NCBI GenBank assembly: GCA_965287045.1
Contig: OZ336889.1
Location: forward strand, 19,282,001-19,346,000
DNA: 64,000 bases
Direction of reading: 5' to 3'
Source: Carcharhinus amblyrhynchos
Lineage: Eukaryota
In this document: one piece after another, positions 1-11,767 of the stretch
Numbering within the stretch: the first letter of the stretch is position 1
Layout of the letters: each line of letters opens with the position of its first letter
Notes under the pieces: model-generated
Told to the model about the DNA's origin: nothing
Database searches by the model: none
Seen by the model: the letters and a program-made list of their open reading frames with translations, nothing else
Position numbers and translations under genes: made by a program

Positions 1-300
1 CTGTGCCCCCTAGTCCTACTGTCTTTTTTGAGCGGGAAGAGTCTCTCCACCTCTATCCTATCCATCCCATTCATCATCTTATACGTCTCAATGAGATCTC
101 CCCTCATTCTTCTAAACGCTAACGAGTACAAGCCTAGTTTATTCAGCCTCTCCTCATAGCTCAACCCCCTCAACTCCGGTATCAGCCTAGTAAACCTCCT
201 CTGCACTCCCTCCAAGGCCAAAATATCTTTGCGCAGGTGCGGCGCCCAAAACTGCACACAGTACTCCAGCTGCGGCCTCACCAATGCCCTATACAGCTGA
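1..300 (-). mobile_element. CR1 (HER1-like) LINE, ORF2 C-terminal fragment, young copy running off the window edge
   Basis: Reverse strand translates without stops: QLYRALVRPQLEYCVQFWAPHLRKDILALEGVQRRFTRLIPELRGLSYEERL...RGDLIETYK...SRTRGH, the typical CR1 ORF2 end. Confidence 0.95.
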
Positions 301-554
301 CTCCATATAATTAATTTCCTGAGAGAAAAATCCTTAGAAAACTCCGTCCTTCCCGACAGATCCACTACTCATTGCTGCGTGAACACCATTGTCTCTTGTG
401 CATGCTTTCAATCCTCTCCCTCTCCATCTCCACTTGACCTCCATGCCTCCTCCCAACCAAGTGTTAATCCAAATGCATGGATTTTTCCTTCTTTCTTGAA
501 TCATCATCAGCTACTGTAGCTGGGGATCTGTTCCAAGTGGTAAGTCCTGCAAAG

Positions 555-690
555 AGAGATGAGGGTTACTGGGGGGGCAGTCAGTAAAGTGGACTTGAGG
601 CCGCAATAAGACTGACCTGTGATCTGATTGAATAACGGTGCAGGCTCAAAGGGCTGAATGGCCTGCCCATGCTCCTGGTTCTTGTGTTTG
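555..690 (+). mobile_element. CR1 3' UTR fragment (old)
   Basis: gatctgattgaataacggtgcaggctcaaagggctgaatggcctgcccatgctcct matches the CR1 tail at 58380-58445. Confidence 0.75.
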
Positions 691-744
691 CAGTGAACAA
701 ACAGTTTGGCTCTGTGATTTATTGTTTTATAATTGTCTTCACAT

Positions 745-1005
745 TTAAAGTTTAAATTTAAAGTTTTATTGATTAGTAACAAGAATGCTGACATTAACAC
801 TGCAATGAAATTACTGTGAAAATTCCCTAGTCGCCACACTGAGGGAGAATTTAGCACAGCTGATGCACCTAACCAGCTTGTCTTTCAGACCGTGGGAGGA
901 AACTGGAGCACCTGGAGAAAACCCACGCAGACACGGAGGACGTGCAAACTCCACACAGACAGTGACCGAGCCGGGAATCAAGGCAGCAGTGCTACCCACT
1001 GTGCC
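745..1005 (-). mobile_element. HE1-type tRNA/V-SINE, tail type B
   Basis: Reverse complement has the tRNA-like head, V-domain (gtggagtttgcacgt...gggtttt..) and the tail ttcacagtaatttcattgcagtgttaatg. Confidence 0.9.
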
Positions 1006-1167
1006 ATTAAAATCACCCCGTTGATCTTCTCTGAGACTGTAAGGAAATCAGCTTTGGTAAAGCTAAGGGTTGGAATTCTCTGATCTTGCATGCCCCTCTA
1101 CCACTGCCAGTGAGAATGGAGAACTTAGCACTCAGTGACCACTGGTGCTATCCATTTTTGACATTGT

Positions 1168-1510
1168 TAATTTATTCATGGGACATGGGCATCGCTGGCT
1201 GGGCCACCATTCATTGCTTATCCCTAGTCACTCCTGAACTGACAGAGGGCAGTTAAGGGTCAACCACATTGCTGAGAGTTTGGAGTCACATGTAGGCAGC
1301 AGATACCTTTCCTGACGGGGACATTAGTGAACCAGATGGTTTTTTTTTACAGCAAATGACAATGGTTTCAAGATCATGATTTGAACTGTTGTTTTGAAAT
1401 CGCTCTTCACCATCTGCCACGGTGGGATTCGAAACCAGATCCCAACAGCGTCACACTGGGTTTCCGGATTAATAGTCCAGTAACAAAATCACTGCACCAT
1501 CTCCTCCCCA
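1168..1510 (-). mobile_element. Second tRNA-derived shark SINE family (SINE-C)
   Basis: ttcatgggacatgggcatcgctggctgggcc...gacattagtgaaccagatgg...gggattcgaaacc; same family as 7091 and 39988. Confidence 0.85.
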
Positions 1511-2464
1511 TGTTTTTTTATTAGATTCTGTGCTACAGATTACATTGAATATTCTGTTGCAATAGTTCGAGATTTGTACTAAATTCATTCTAGGCTGGAA
1601 ACACAAGCGCTTTGGTGTAGTGACTAGCATATCGGGGGAGGGATTGCAATCTATCCAAATTTATTCGATTTGCCTGACTTTTTTCAAGATGAGAATGTGT
1701 CTTTTATCGGACATACACCAACCAAGATCAATATCTGACTTGTGGTACTGCAAGTGTGAGGATATTTTAATTAGCTCCCAGTGCAGTGAGTTTACACACT
1801 AACACACATTGCTCGTAGTCATGGACGATTGTTCATGTTGGGGGTGTATGCTCTGATTAAAAAACACGCTGAAGTTGGTTTAATAAAAATAATTAGCAAA
1901 GAATACTGTTCGCAACAAGACCTCCAGAAGGAGCTGTGATGCTGTAATGAGTATGTATTGAATGGAGAGGAAAGAAAAGTGTTCTGTAATTGGAAAGTTC
2001 GTCCCTGGGGTCAGCCAGCCCCACATTGGATTGATAATCATGTCATCTGAACTGAGCCAGAGGGGGGAGGGAGGCAGCAGGAATCAGCTGATGGTCAACA
2101 TAGTGGCTGCAGGTTTGGAGACTGTGTGCCTGTGCGCGCAGGAACGTTGCAGAGATCTCAGAGGGTGAATATCTGCGAGTGTGCGTGTGTGTCAGAGAAA
2201 TTCAGGACACACACTCTCAGAAATATATGGGAGGTCGCGATGAATGAGAGATATCAACATACATGTGAAAAACTGTGACGTGTGCTATACATACATGAGT
2301 GCGCAAGATAGTTGGATACATGTCTGAGTGTCCCATGCACACGTGCTGGAGGGCATGATGGCCAGGCATTTCCAGAGTAACTTTTATGTGTGTGTCAGAG
2401 TGCTTGTGATGTGTGTGTAACAGGGACCACTCGGTGTGAACCAAAGGAAGAAAGCTCGAGTATG

Positions 2465-2857
2465 TTTTTTTTAAAACATTATTCATGGGACATGAGTGTC
2501 ACTGGCTGGTTAACATTTATTATCCATCCCTAATCACTCTTGAACTGAATGGTTTGCTGGGCTATTTCAGAAGGCAGTTGAGACTCAGCCTTGCTGCTGT
2601 GGCTCTGGAGTCACATGTAGGCCAGATCAGGTAAGGACGGCAGATTTCCTTCCCTAATTACATTACATTGGTGAACTAGATGGATTTTTCTGACAATCAT
2701 CAATGATTTCATGGTAGGTTCTTAATTCTGGATTTTTAAAAATTAAATTCAGATTCCACCATCTGCTATGGCGGGATTCAAACACACATCCTCCAAATAT
2801 TAGCTGAGTCTCTGGATTAATAATCTGATGATAATACCACTAGGGCATTGTCTCTCC
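2465..2857 (-). mobile_element. SINE-C copy
   Basis: Full set of family motifs: cagatttccttccc, gtgaactagatgg, gggattcaaac. Confidence 0.88.
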
Positions 2858-3162
2858 TTATGTGCCCTTCATGCTGAATGTATATGTGAGACAAAACCCA
2901 GTGAGACAGACATGAGACACGATTATCTTTGAGAGAAATACGTGCATGTGAGAGATTGGATTGGGAGTGAGAGTGTGCTGTCTGTCCGTATCTCAGTAAA
3001 ACATGCATGGGTCAAAAGTGGCATGTGTGTGTACAAGAGTGAGATGTGTGTATACCTATGTACATGTGCAGGACAGTGTACCCGAGGGAGAACTCCAAGC
3101 TGATGCACCAGTCAGAAATCGACGTCTAAGGGAGGGACTGATGAAGATGCTTGTGCATGACT

Positions 3163-3334
3163 CAGTCCAAAGATGTGTGGGTTAGGTCGATTGGCCCTGG
3201 TAAATTGCCCCTTAGTGTCAGGGAGACGATCAGGGTAATTACATGGGGCCACGGGGATAGGAATGGGTGGGATTGTGGTCGGTGCTGACGTAATGGGCTG
3301 AATGGTCTCCTTCTGCACTGTAGGGATTCTATGA
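3163..3334 (+). mobile_element. HE1-type V-SINE 3' half, tail type A (CR1-derived)
   Basis: gtccaaagatgtg...taaattgccccttagtgtcaggg...gaatggtctccttctgcactgtagggattctatg. Confidence 0.88.
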
Positions 3335-4939
3335 AAATGTTAGCTGTGGAGCTGAGCTGTTACTAACGTGTGAACTCCTGATGCTTTACGAGATGGTGCC
3401 AGAAACGAGATTAAAAACAAGTCAGGGGTGAGTGCGCTGCTGTTCTGGAGGGTTTTATCGCAGGTATTTCATGGCCATTAGGCCCTTAATTGGTTTAAGG
3501 TGTGACTTCCTCCCCAGTGTGAGCAGCAAATCCTGCCTCGGAACGCCTCTGGCTAAACAAATGGCCGGCGGTTCCCTGGTTCCAGCAGCACCACCAAGAG
3601 CAGTTGCTGCTGCTGGGACTGTAACAGCCCCCAGTGTCAAGCAGCTGGAGTTAGTGGGTTCAGCTTGCTGGCACCGGGCTGGAAGGGGCTGGTGAGGGAA
3701 ACAAGTGGTGAGTGGGATGGGTGAGGGTTGGAGGGCAGTGGATGGGGGGTTGGTTAGGGTAGGTGGAATGGTGTGGGGGGAGAGGTTAGGGTAGATGGAC
3801 AGGTGTGGCGGAGTGGGGAGGGGGACTGGGGCTGAAAGACATTTTTTTTCTTGTGCTGTTTTACCTATATCTGATGGAGAGGGTAATCATACAGAGTGGA
3901 GATAAGTATGACTGATGACCAGCCTGACTTTTGTTTATTGTCGTCTGATCTGGCTACTTGTGAATATAATCTGCAAGTGTTTGGACACCGATATTGTGGG
4001 GAATATTGGAGGATATCACTATGGGGTGTGTTTGATTTATGGGAGTGTTATGAGAGTGCTGTGAAGTGTAATAGTAAATTGTGTGGGTGTAAGAGTGTGT
4101 TAGTGAACGGTGTGGGGTATCTCGGAGTGTGTTATATACGCTCCAGGACTGGCTGATGCGTGGAGGATAATTGGGGATTATTGGAGTGTATGAGGATGTC
4201 TGGATTAACTCTGCACAGCTGATCGAGTGGAACACCACAGAGTCTGGATGCTGGAAACCAGCAGCCCCTGTTGCTGCTTCTGCACAAATTTCCACTCTTC
4301 AAAACCCAACCTCCACTCCAGGAAGATCAAGCTTGCCAGCTGTAATTCCTACTCAGTTTGGTGATTTACATAACCTATGATTTGGGGCTTTGATTTGCAG
4401 TAAAGATGGTGTATTTTGTTCCAGGCAGGCTGTGCTGTGTAAGGATTATTGTGGTTGCCGTCGTTCATCGTTCCCAGAGAAACCTCAGCACAGAACCTCA
4501 GGATTGTAACATCGCGGCACGTTGGAAGAATGTGCCTCTAGACAGCAGGAAGGAAAAAGTGAGGAGAGAGTGATGTTGCGGCCCTGTGCTGATATAGTAC
4601 GTCACTGCTTGCAGTGGGTTCTGTGATCTATTGTTTGTGAGCATTGAATATTTCCTTGGTGCCCTGACTCCTTGAAATTCCAATCACTCCTAATTCAAAA
4701 CAGGAAATGTTGGAAATACAACAACTGGCAGATCAGCAGTGGAAGAGAGAGAGGGAATAGGTCAGTATGTTAGAAAAACTCTGCCGGGTTTTCACCCAGG
4801 TTCCTTGTGCATAACTGGCATTCCTATTTCAGATTTGTGTCCTCATTCCTATTTTTGCAGTAAATTTTGATTTGTCTATTTATTGGGGAGGCGGGGGTGG
4901 GCAGTGGTGGGGGGATGTGTGTGTGGGGGTTTGAGCTAC

Positions 4940-5055
4940 CCCTGGAGTCCTGGCTTGCATTTATCCCTCAACTAACATCACAAAAAACTGCTCAATATCA
5001 TCTATTTCTGGGAGCTTGCTGTGCACAAATTGACTGCTGCCTTTCCTATATTCCT
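4940..5055 (+). mobile_element. Deu-domain SINE fragment (SacSINE1/AmnSINE1-like)
   Basis: atttatccctcaactaacatcac...gggagcttgctgtgcacaaattgactgctgcctttcctata resembles the Deu core. Confidence 0.75.
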
Positions 5056-5089
5056 GATGTGGGGTTTGTGTCTTTATATGCCCTGTTTG

Positions 5090-5202
5090 TGAATAGAACT
5101 CCCATTCACCTGATGAAGGGGCAACACTCTGAAAGCTAGTGGCTTTTGCTACCAAATAAACCTGTTGGACTTTAACCTGGTGGTGTGAGACTTCTTACTG
5201 TT
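5090..5202 (+). mobile_element. Penelope-like element terminal (pLTR) fragment with minimal hammerhead motif
   Basis: cacCTGATGAaggggcaacactctGAAAgcTAgtg followed by ccaaataaacctgttggactttaacctgg; related copy at 11445-11645. Confidence 0.75.
5106..5142 (+). ncRNA. Putative minimal type I hammerhead ribozyme
   Basis: CUGAUGA at 5110-5116, stem II AGGG/CUCU, GAAA at 5131-5134, 2-nt palindromic GC, CUA cleavage triplet, stem I UCAC/GUGG. Confidence 0.55.
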
Positions 5203-5384
5203 CCTATATTCCATGAGGCGATAACAAAGTACCTCATTGGCTAGAAGATGTGTTGAGTGACTGGTGGACATGAATAGCATGATATCATTGCAATTGTCTT
5301 CATTTTGTTGTGTCCTCCAGGTAGCAGATGTGACCATGGACATTACTACCACCACGTCGGTGTTGACAGGATGGGGTGTGGGGG

Positions 5385-5880
5385 ATAGAGGAGTGATCTT
5401 ATGGAGGTTTGTAAAATCATGAGGGGCATCGATAAGGTGAATAGCCAAGGTCTTATCCCCAGGGTAGCAGAGTCCAAAGCTGGAGGGGGCATGGGTTTAA
5501 GGTGAGAGGGGAAAGATTTGAAAAGGTAAATCTTTCCCGTCTCACCTGGAACCCAAAGCACAACCAGTTACATTCAGCAGAAATATCTCAACCTTAAGCC
5601 TTTTAATGGGGCAAACCATACAGAGGATCCCACAGGACCTGAGGGGCAACTTTTTCACACACAGGGTGGTGTGTGTGTATGGAATGAGCTGCCAGAGGAG
5701 GCGGTAGAGGTGGGTACAATGACAACATTTAAAAGACATTTGGACAGGTATATGGATGGGAAAGGTTTAGAGGGATATGGGCTAAAAAGAGACAAATGGG
5801 ACTAGTTCCATTTAGGGAAACCTGGTCAGCATGGCTGAGTTGGGCTGAAGGACATGTTTTTGTGCTGTATATCTCTGTGA
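5385..5880 (+). mobile_element. CR1 LINE 3' end, interrupted near 5525-5635
   Basis: RGDL.EV.KIM-like coding remnant, aactttttcacacacagggtggt, and tail ttgggctgaaggacatgtttttgtgctgta. Confidence 0.88.
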
Positions 5881-7090
5881 CTCAGAGTGGGGGGGAACAG
5901 CGATAGTCCTTTATAATCCTGCATGTTCCTTGAAACCTTCTGGTCAAGGAACAGCCAGAAATGGAACATTGGATTAGAATTTGGGATTCCGGGTGTTTGA
6001 GGATTCCTATGTATTTCCTCTATGTGAGAGGAAAGGACAATTAAGGGAATTGATGTACAGGCCACCAGGGGACCTCTCTTTCTTTCTTTCCTCCAACCCA
6101 GATTACGTCAGCGGTCAAAGTGGGCATTTATATTTTGTCCCAAAATAAAAGTGGTTAATCTGAAAAGCTAAACCCCTCATTTGCCTTAAATCCATCCCAG
6201 TCATTTCCCTCCTATATGCTGTGGCTAACTGAGATTAAAAAGCTACGTACCAAAACAAGGAAGAATTGCTTGGTTCTCCAGTGGCGTAAAGACTACAAAC
6301 ATACGTCAGTAAGTGGTTGGGTTTATAAATAGGCTTGCATCTCTTTGCTGTAGAATGTCCTCCTTAATGTGGCACTGAGTCAATGAGAAACACATGAGGC
6401 AGATGGAGTTCATCAGTGCTGGGGGAAAGTAAAATGACAAGAGCCCACCAGAAAGGATCAGAAAGAATAGCAGCAGCTAAGATCAAATAAAAATGAATGC
6501 ACCGAGATTGTCTACCGCCCTGTCCTGCCTAATACCTGCACCTCAGCCTTTGGCAGCTTGGTCTGACATTGTGACCACCTGCCTTGCCATTTAGTCAGTC
6601 AGTAGAAATGAGAATGCAGTGTGTGTGCGTGTGTGTGGGCCTACAGATGAAGCCAGACTACCTCTGGGAAGAATTAGAAAGGAGGGTGAGTCACTCCGCA
6701 GTGGAACACCAGAAAGTTTCAGCAGCTGTTTCAGTTGCCTCAGGGAAAGGTTTTCACAGGCACAATTGAGGATCTTTCTGAGTAACTCCCGTGTCCCCTT
6801 CCCCCGCAGTTCAGTACCAGGTCCACCCAGCTTCCATTTTCCAATGCACTAACCATCCCCAAATGGCCTTGGCTTCTGTTCAATGCCTCCCTCTAGTGAC
6901 CATCCTGAGATCATTAAATATACAATCATGGGGACTGGAGACCTCTCGGTTGACTGTCTCCCATTTTCCAAAATGCCTCCATGTTCATCAGGGCAGTATC
7001 ATGAAAACACACCTCATTAATAAGTTTTGCTTTAGGTTGTTTGGCTGAATTATATTTCGTTTTCCAATTTAAACTATTTGTTTATTATAA

Positions 7091-7448
7091 GGGTGGAGGC
7101 GTAGCGGAATTGTCGTCGGGCCAGTAATCCAGAGATGCAGGGTAGCGGGACCTGGGTTCGAAACCCATCACAGCAGATTTGAATTCAATAAAATTCTGGA
7201 ATTTAAAGGATTAATTATGAAATGACATGAAACCATTGTTGATTGTCATAAAAACACATCTAGTTTGCTAATATCCTTTAGGGAAGGAAACCTGCCATCC
7301 ATGCCTGATCCAGACGCACAGCAATGTGGTTGACTCTTAAACTTCCCACTGAAATGGTCCAGCAAGCCATTCAGTTCAAGGACAGTAAGGGATGGGTAAT
7401 AAATGCAGGCCCAGCCAGCAACACGCAACCCCTGAATGAATTTTTGAA
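7091..7448 (+). mobile_element. SINE-C copy, near full length
   Basis: Head ggcgtagcgg...gggttcgaaaccc (B-box), tail gggtaataaatgcaggcccagccagcaacacgcaacccctgaatgaat. Confidence 0.88.
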
Positions 7449-8449
7449 AATCTGTCTTGCTGAGGTCGCACCCACACCTTACACCACTTGCTGCTGAAAG
7501 GGAGGACAGTCACACAAACTGTTGTCGCATCTTGGCTAATTTATTCTCTGATCAACCACTAAGGAGATTGTGAACAATGAAAGGTGACTTTTCGATCTGC
7601 ATCGACTCCATGTCTGCCTTCCCCATTGTAACTCCTGAGGAATTGAGGTCCAGTTTGTGGTTGCTGGACTTTGGGCTTTGAGCTACAAGCGCTCAGGTTA
7701 ACTGCTGGAACCTTCTCTGTGCCTGTTGCCATCCTTTTATGTCACCTGATGCTTATTCACAGAAGAAGCATGGCTGCTTGGCCACAGTAATGGAGAGTTG
7801 ATTGAATGCATTGAACCTTTCCCCAGTACCTTCAGGATTGGTGTGTATAAAAGAGAGACTGTGCGAGCTCCTGGTAACCAGGCCCACGATTTCAGTGGGA
7901 GCAGGCAGAACCTGATGACAGGGTATGAACTCAATCCTGGGACTATTACTTCTGGCTGCGGAGTGTTGCTTCTGTTGTTTGCACCTTGTTCCATCCAATT
8001 CTTGACATTTCAATTGTAGTCCCTCCCCTTTCCTCACTAACTCCTCCAGGATCCTCGCATTACGTGTTATTTGTCTGTTAGGATTACAATCTTCAGGTTA
8101 AAAATCCAAGTGAAATGCCATTCAGGCTTCAGGATGTACCAAAGCTTCTGACAGCTAATGACTTACTTTTGAAGCATGGTTTGTAGAGAAGGATGGCGGT
8201 CAATTTGCAAGGTCCCACAAACAGGAGTGAACAATGGCCAAGACACCAGAATGACCACTGTTGCTCTTTGATAGAGTTCCAGGGGAGTATTTACAACTGC
8301 CTGTATGTTCTGATACAAATAGACATCACTGTATTCTGCCACTTCTTGGGGGTGAGCCATGTGAAGGTGAGATCGGTGAAAACTTGGCAGAGTTTGAGTT
8401 TCGGGCCAACTGCCTTAACCATCTCTACCTCTGTTCTGTCAGTCAAACG

Positions 8450-9032
8450 TTCTGATCATTTAGCACCTCTCTCTGCCTTCCTTATCCTCATTTACATTCC
8501 CTTTGCCCTATTACAGCCTCCCCACCCTCATGGTATAAATCTTTTCTGATTTTCTTAGTCTTAGCTCTGACGAAGGGTCATCCAGCCTCCCATCCATTGA
8601 CTCTGTCTACACTTCCCACTGCCCCAGCAAAGCAGCCAGCATAATTAAGGACCCAACGCACCTCAGATCTTCTCTCTTCCACCTTTTTCTGTCAGGTAAA
8701 AGATACAAAAGTCTGAGGTCACGCACCAACCAACTCAAGAACAGCTTCTTCCTGCTGCTGTCAGATTTTTGAATGGACTTACCTCGCATTAAATTGATTT
8801 TTCTCTACATCCTAGCTATGACTGTAACACTACATTCTGCACCCTCCTTTCCTTCTCTATGTACGCTGTGTTTTGTCTGTATAGCGTGCAAGAAACATTA
8901 CTTTTCACTGCATACTAGTACTTGTGACCATAATAAATCAAATCAAATCAAAAACTCGAAATGTTGGCTCTATTCTCTCTCCACAGATGCTGTCAGACCT
9001 GCTGAGATTTTCCAGCATTTTCTGTTTTTATT
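8450..9032 (+). mobile_element. Penelope-like element 3'/pLTR fragment (second family), interrupted by Rex1
   Basis: agctCTGACGAagggtcatccag | actcGAAAtgttggctctattctctctccacagatgctgtcagacctgctgagattttccagcattttctg. Confidence 0.75.
8586..8953 (+). mobile_element. Rex1/Babar LINE 3' end
   Basis: Encodes SLPSIDSVYTSHC..KAASIIKDPTH...LFHL..SGKRYKSL; ends tgtgaccataataaatcaaatcaaatcaaa. Confidence 0.9.
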
Positions 9033-9629
9033 TGGGTGCACGTAGTAAGTGACTGAGAACAGGGTGAGGAGTGCAAAGATATCAAATACAGGAAGGGGGA
9101 CAGAACGTGTTGGAGTGACACCTGGTACTGATACTGGAAAGGTGCAGCATCACCAAATGAACACTTCACCGGGGGAAATGACACCAGTTTTTTTTTTGAA
9201 TGATCATAAATGCTGAAATCTAACGCTGTGCTGGTTCACTGGTGATCGATTAATTAATGAATCGTTTAACCTCTGCTCCTGGGATCATGATGATTTCTGA
9301 AACCAATATTAAACTACACAAGTAATCAATTATCTTCACTAGAATTACGGTTGCTAATTAACCCTGACAAAAGCAATCCATCTTGTTCAACAGTCACTGT
9401 ATCAAGTCTTCTTTTCTCCCCTACTTTGTTGGAAAGATTGACCTGGGTGCTTCCCTGGGCCACTGGGCTGCAGTACCTGGGATTAGAAGTTTTTTTCACG
9501 CGGGAAGCTCAACAGTGAAGATTTTGCTATCAGTGTCGGCCTTACCATCAATGATTGAAGTAACGATGCCTGGGAAATCCAGCCTTGAGGTATGGAGTGA
9601 CTATTAAATTGTTAAGGGCAACAAATGCG

Positions 9630-9850
9630 CCCATAAGACGTAGGAGCAGAATTAGGCCACTCTGCCCATTGAGTCTGCTCTGTCATTCAATCATGGCTGA
9701 TATTTCTCTCATCTCTCTTCTGCCTTTTCCCCATAACCCCTGATCCCTTTATTAATCAAGAACCTATTTATCTTTGTCTTAAACACACTCAATGACCTGG
9801 CCTCCACAGCCTTCTGTAGCAAAGAGGTCCACAGATTCACCACTCTCTGG
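9630..9850 (-). mobile_element. CR1 LINE 3' end
   Basis: cataagacgtaggagcagaattaggccac...ccccataacccctgatccc...ccacagattcaccactctctgg. Confidence 0.88.
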
Positions 9851-9884
9851 CCTATTTGTGTTCTCATCCAACATGCACTTTCTG

Positions 9885-10155
9885 GCTTTGATCAAGAACA
9901 GGAACCCAGGCTGTGCTTTTCAAAACCTTTTTTCATTTTCCTTTCCACCTCCCCTCCTGCCTGGGGCACTGGGGCTAATTGCAGTCCTCCTACTGTTGCT
10001 CCGATCTCCGATCAGTTGACTCAGTGCAAACCAGTAATCGAGCCAGCGATCTCCCTGCCTTTTATAGTTCGGGCTGTCAGTTCTTTTGCCAGTGCACTTT
10101 TTGGCACGTTCATCTGTCCTGGTTGCTCACAGCCTGGTTGGACTGAACATCAGGG
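9885..10155 (-). mobile_element. Old tRNA-SINE, AmnSINE2-like
   Basis: caggaacccaggctg...ggggcactggggctaattgcag...gatcagttgactcagtgca is the reverse complement of the recalled AmnSINE2-type core. Confidence 0.55.
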
Positions 10156-10706
10156 AGAGGTGTACGCAGATATGAAAGAAATTAAATGCAGCGAGAAGTG
10201 GCCAGAAAATGTCGAAGTCCATCCTCTCCTCTAGCAGTCTTTCTATTTGGCCAGCCGTTTCCTTCAGCCTTGCTTTGCTCATGAGTTTGTGTAACAGAAT
10301 TCAATACCATTTTGAAATGCCAGACAGGTTCATTAAGCTGCATCCAGACAGATTTCATTACAGTGCTCTGTTAAACTCGCGCTGCCCCATCCAGTGTGAA
10401 ATTTAAAACAGGAATAATGTTCAAAGTCCTTAGACTGATATTTCCATACAAGCAGCAGAGCATCAAACCCTTCAAAGAACAAAAGGAGATTAAAATTGTC
10501 GTTCTCCTGAAACCTTCATTTCATAAAAGCTTTTACTTTTACTTTGTTTGAATAAATGCATTCAGATAACCTCTGACCTCTCTCCCTCTGATGCTTTATG
10601 TTATATTAATACTATTTTAATCCCTCCTGAACTCTTGTTCCTCCAATGCTCCAAATAAGGAGTCAGAGATTTCTGCTCCTGTCCACATCTTCATTGTGTT
10701 GAATGA

Positions 10707-11000
10707 TGGAATCCCTGCAGTGCAGAAGGAGGCCATTCGGCCTATCGCATCTGCACCAACCACAATCCCACCCAGGCCCTATCATAATTACCCTACTAAT
10801 CCCCCTGATACTACGGTCAATTTAGCATGGCCAATCCACCTAACCCGCACATCTTAGGACTGTGGGAGGAAACTGGAGCACCCGGTGGAAACCCATGCAG
10901 ACACTGGGAGAATGTGCAGACTTCTCACAGACAGTAACCCAAGGTTGGAATTGAACCAAGGTGCCTGGTGCTGTGAGGCAGCAGTGTTAACCACTGTGCT
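10707..11000 (-). mobile_element. HE1-type V-SINE, tail A
   Basis: gaatccctgcagtgcagaaggaggccattcgg...ggtgctgtgaggcagcagtgttaaccactgtgc. Confidence 0.92.
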
Positions 11001-11444
11001 TCCCCTAGTCTTGTCCATTCCAACCACAATGGCGAAGCAATGAAACTCCTCCCTCCTGTTATCTTTCACCCTGCTGTAATCCTCGGGTTTGGAGACGGAA
11101 TCTAACGTCATTGAACTCTATTTTCTTATTTGCATCTTCTGTCCGACTCTAATCTTGGTGATGTCTTTTGCAACAACCATGCATCTAGATTTCCCAATCC
11201 AACATTGAACAACTACTGAGCCACAGTGAATGATTGTAAAAGACTGCAGAGGAAGGTGGAAGGTTGTCAGCTGGTTTTAACACCATTGCACTGCTGTGGG
11301 AAAGACAGAAATCTGATCAGAGATTTTGACAGTGGTGTTGACAAGAGAGATTTAGGAGCCAAGAAGACGTGCCAGGGTGTTGGAGATGGGACAGTTTGTA
11401 AGGAGAAAATTACATGGGCTTTTTGAGGGGATGATGACAGCAAT

Positions 11445-11645
11445 TAAGATGTGGAGATGCCAGCTTAAGACTGGGATGGGCAGAGTGAGAAGTCTCACAA
11501 CGCCAGATTAAAGTGCAACAGGTTTATTTGGAACCACGTGCTTTCGGAGCATTGCCCCTTCAGTGATGACGAAGGAGCAGCGCTCCAAAAGCTTGTGATT
11601 CCAAATAAACCTGTTGCACTTTAACCTTGGACTACTTACTGTGAC
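11445..11645. mobile_element. Palindromic pair of Penelope-like ends (inverted pLTR arrangement)
   Basis: 11508-11562 is the reverse complement of 11567-11624; both match the 5110-5200 element. Confidence 0.8.
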
Positions 11646-11767
11646 AACAATAATGAATGATAGGGTACAGTACCAGTTGAAAGAGGCTAGAATTTACAAT
11701 GTGGAGTAACATCAGGGCCAGGAGAGGAATTTGGATGGTCAGGAATTTAGAGGAAATAGGTCTCAGG

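Noticed and set aside
5300-5380. Acceptor tgtgtcctccAG followed by a short open frame (VADVTMDITTTTSVLTGW or SRCDHGHYYHHVG)
   Set aside because: The downstream donor is weak, it abuts a CR1 fragment, and the peptide is not recognisable.
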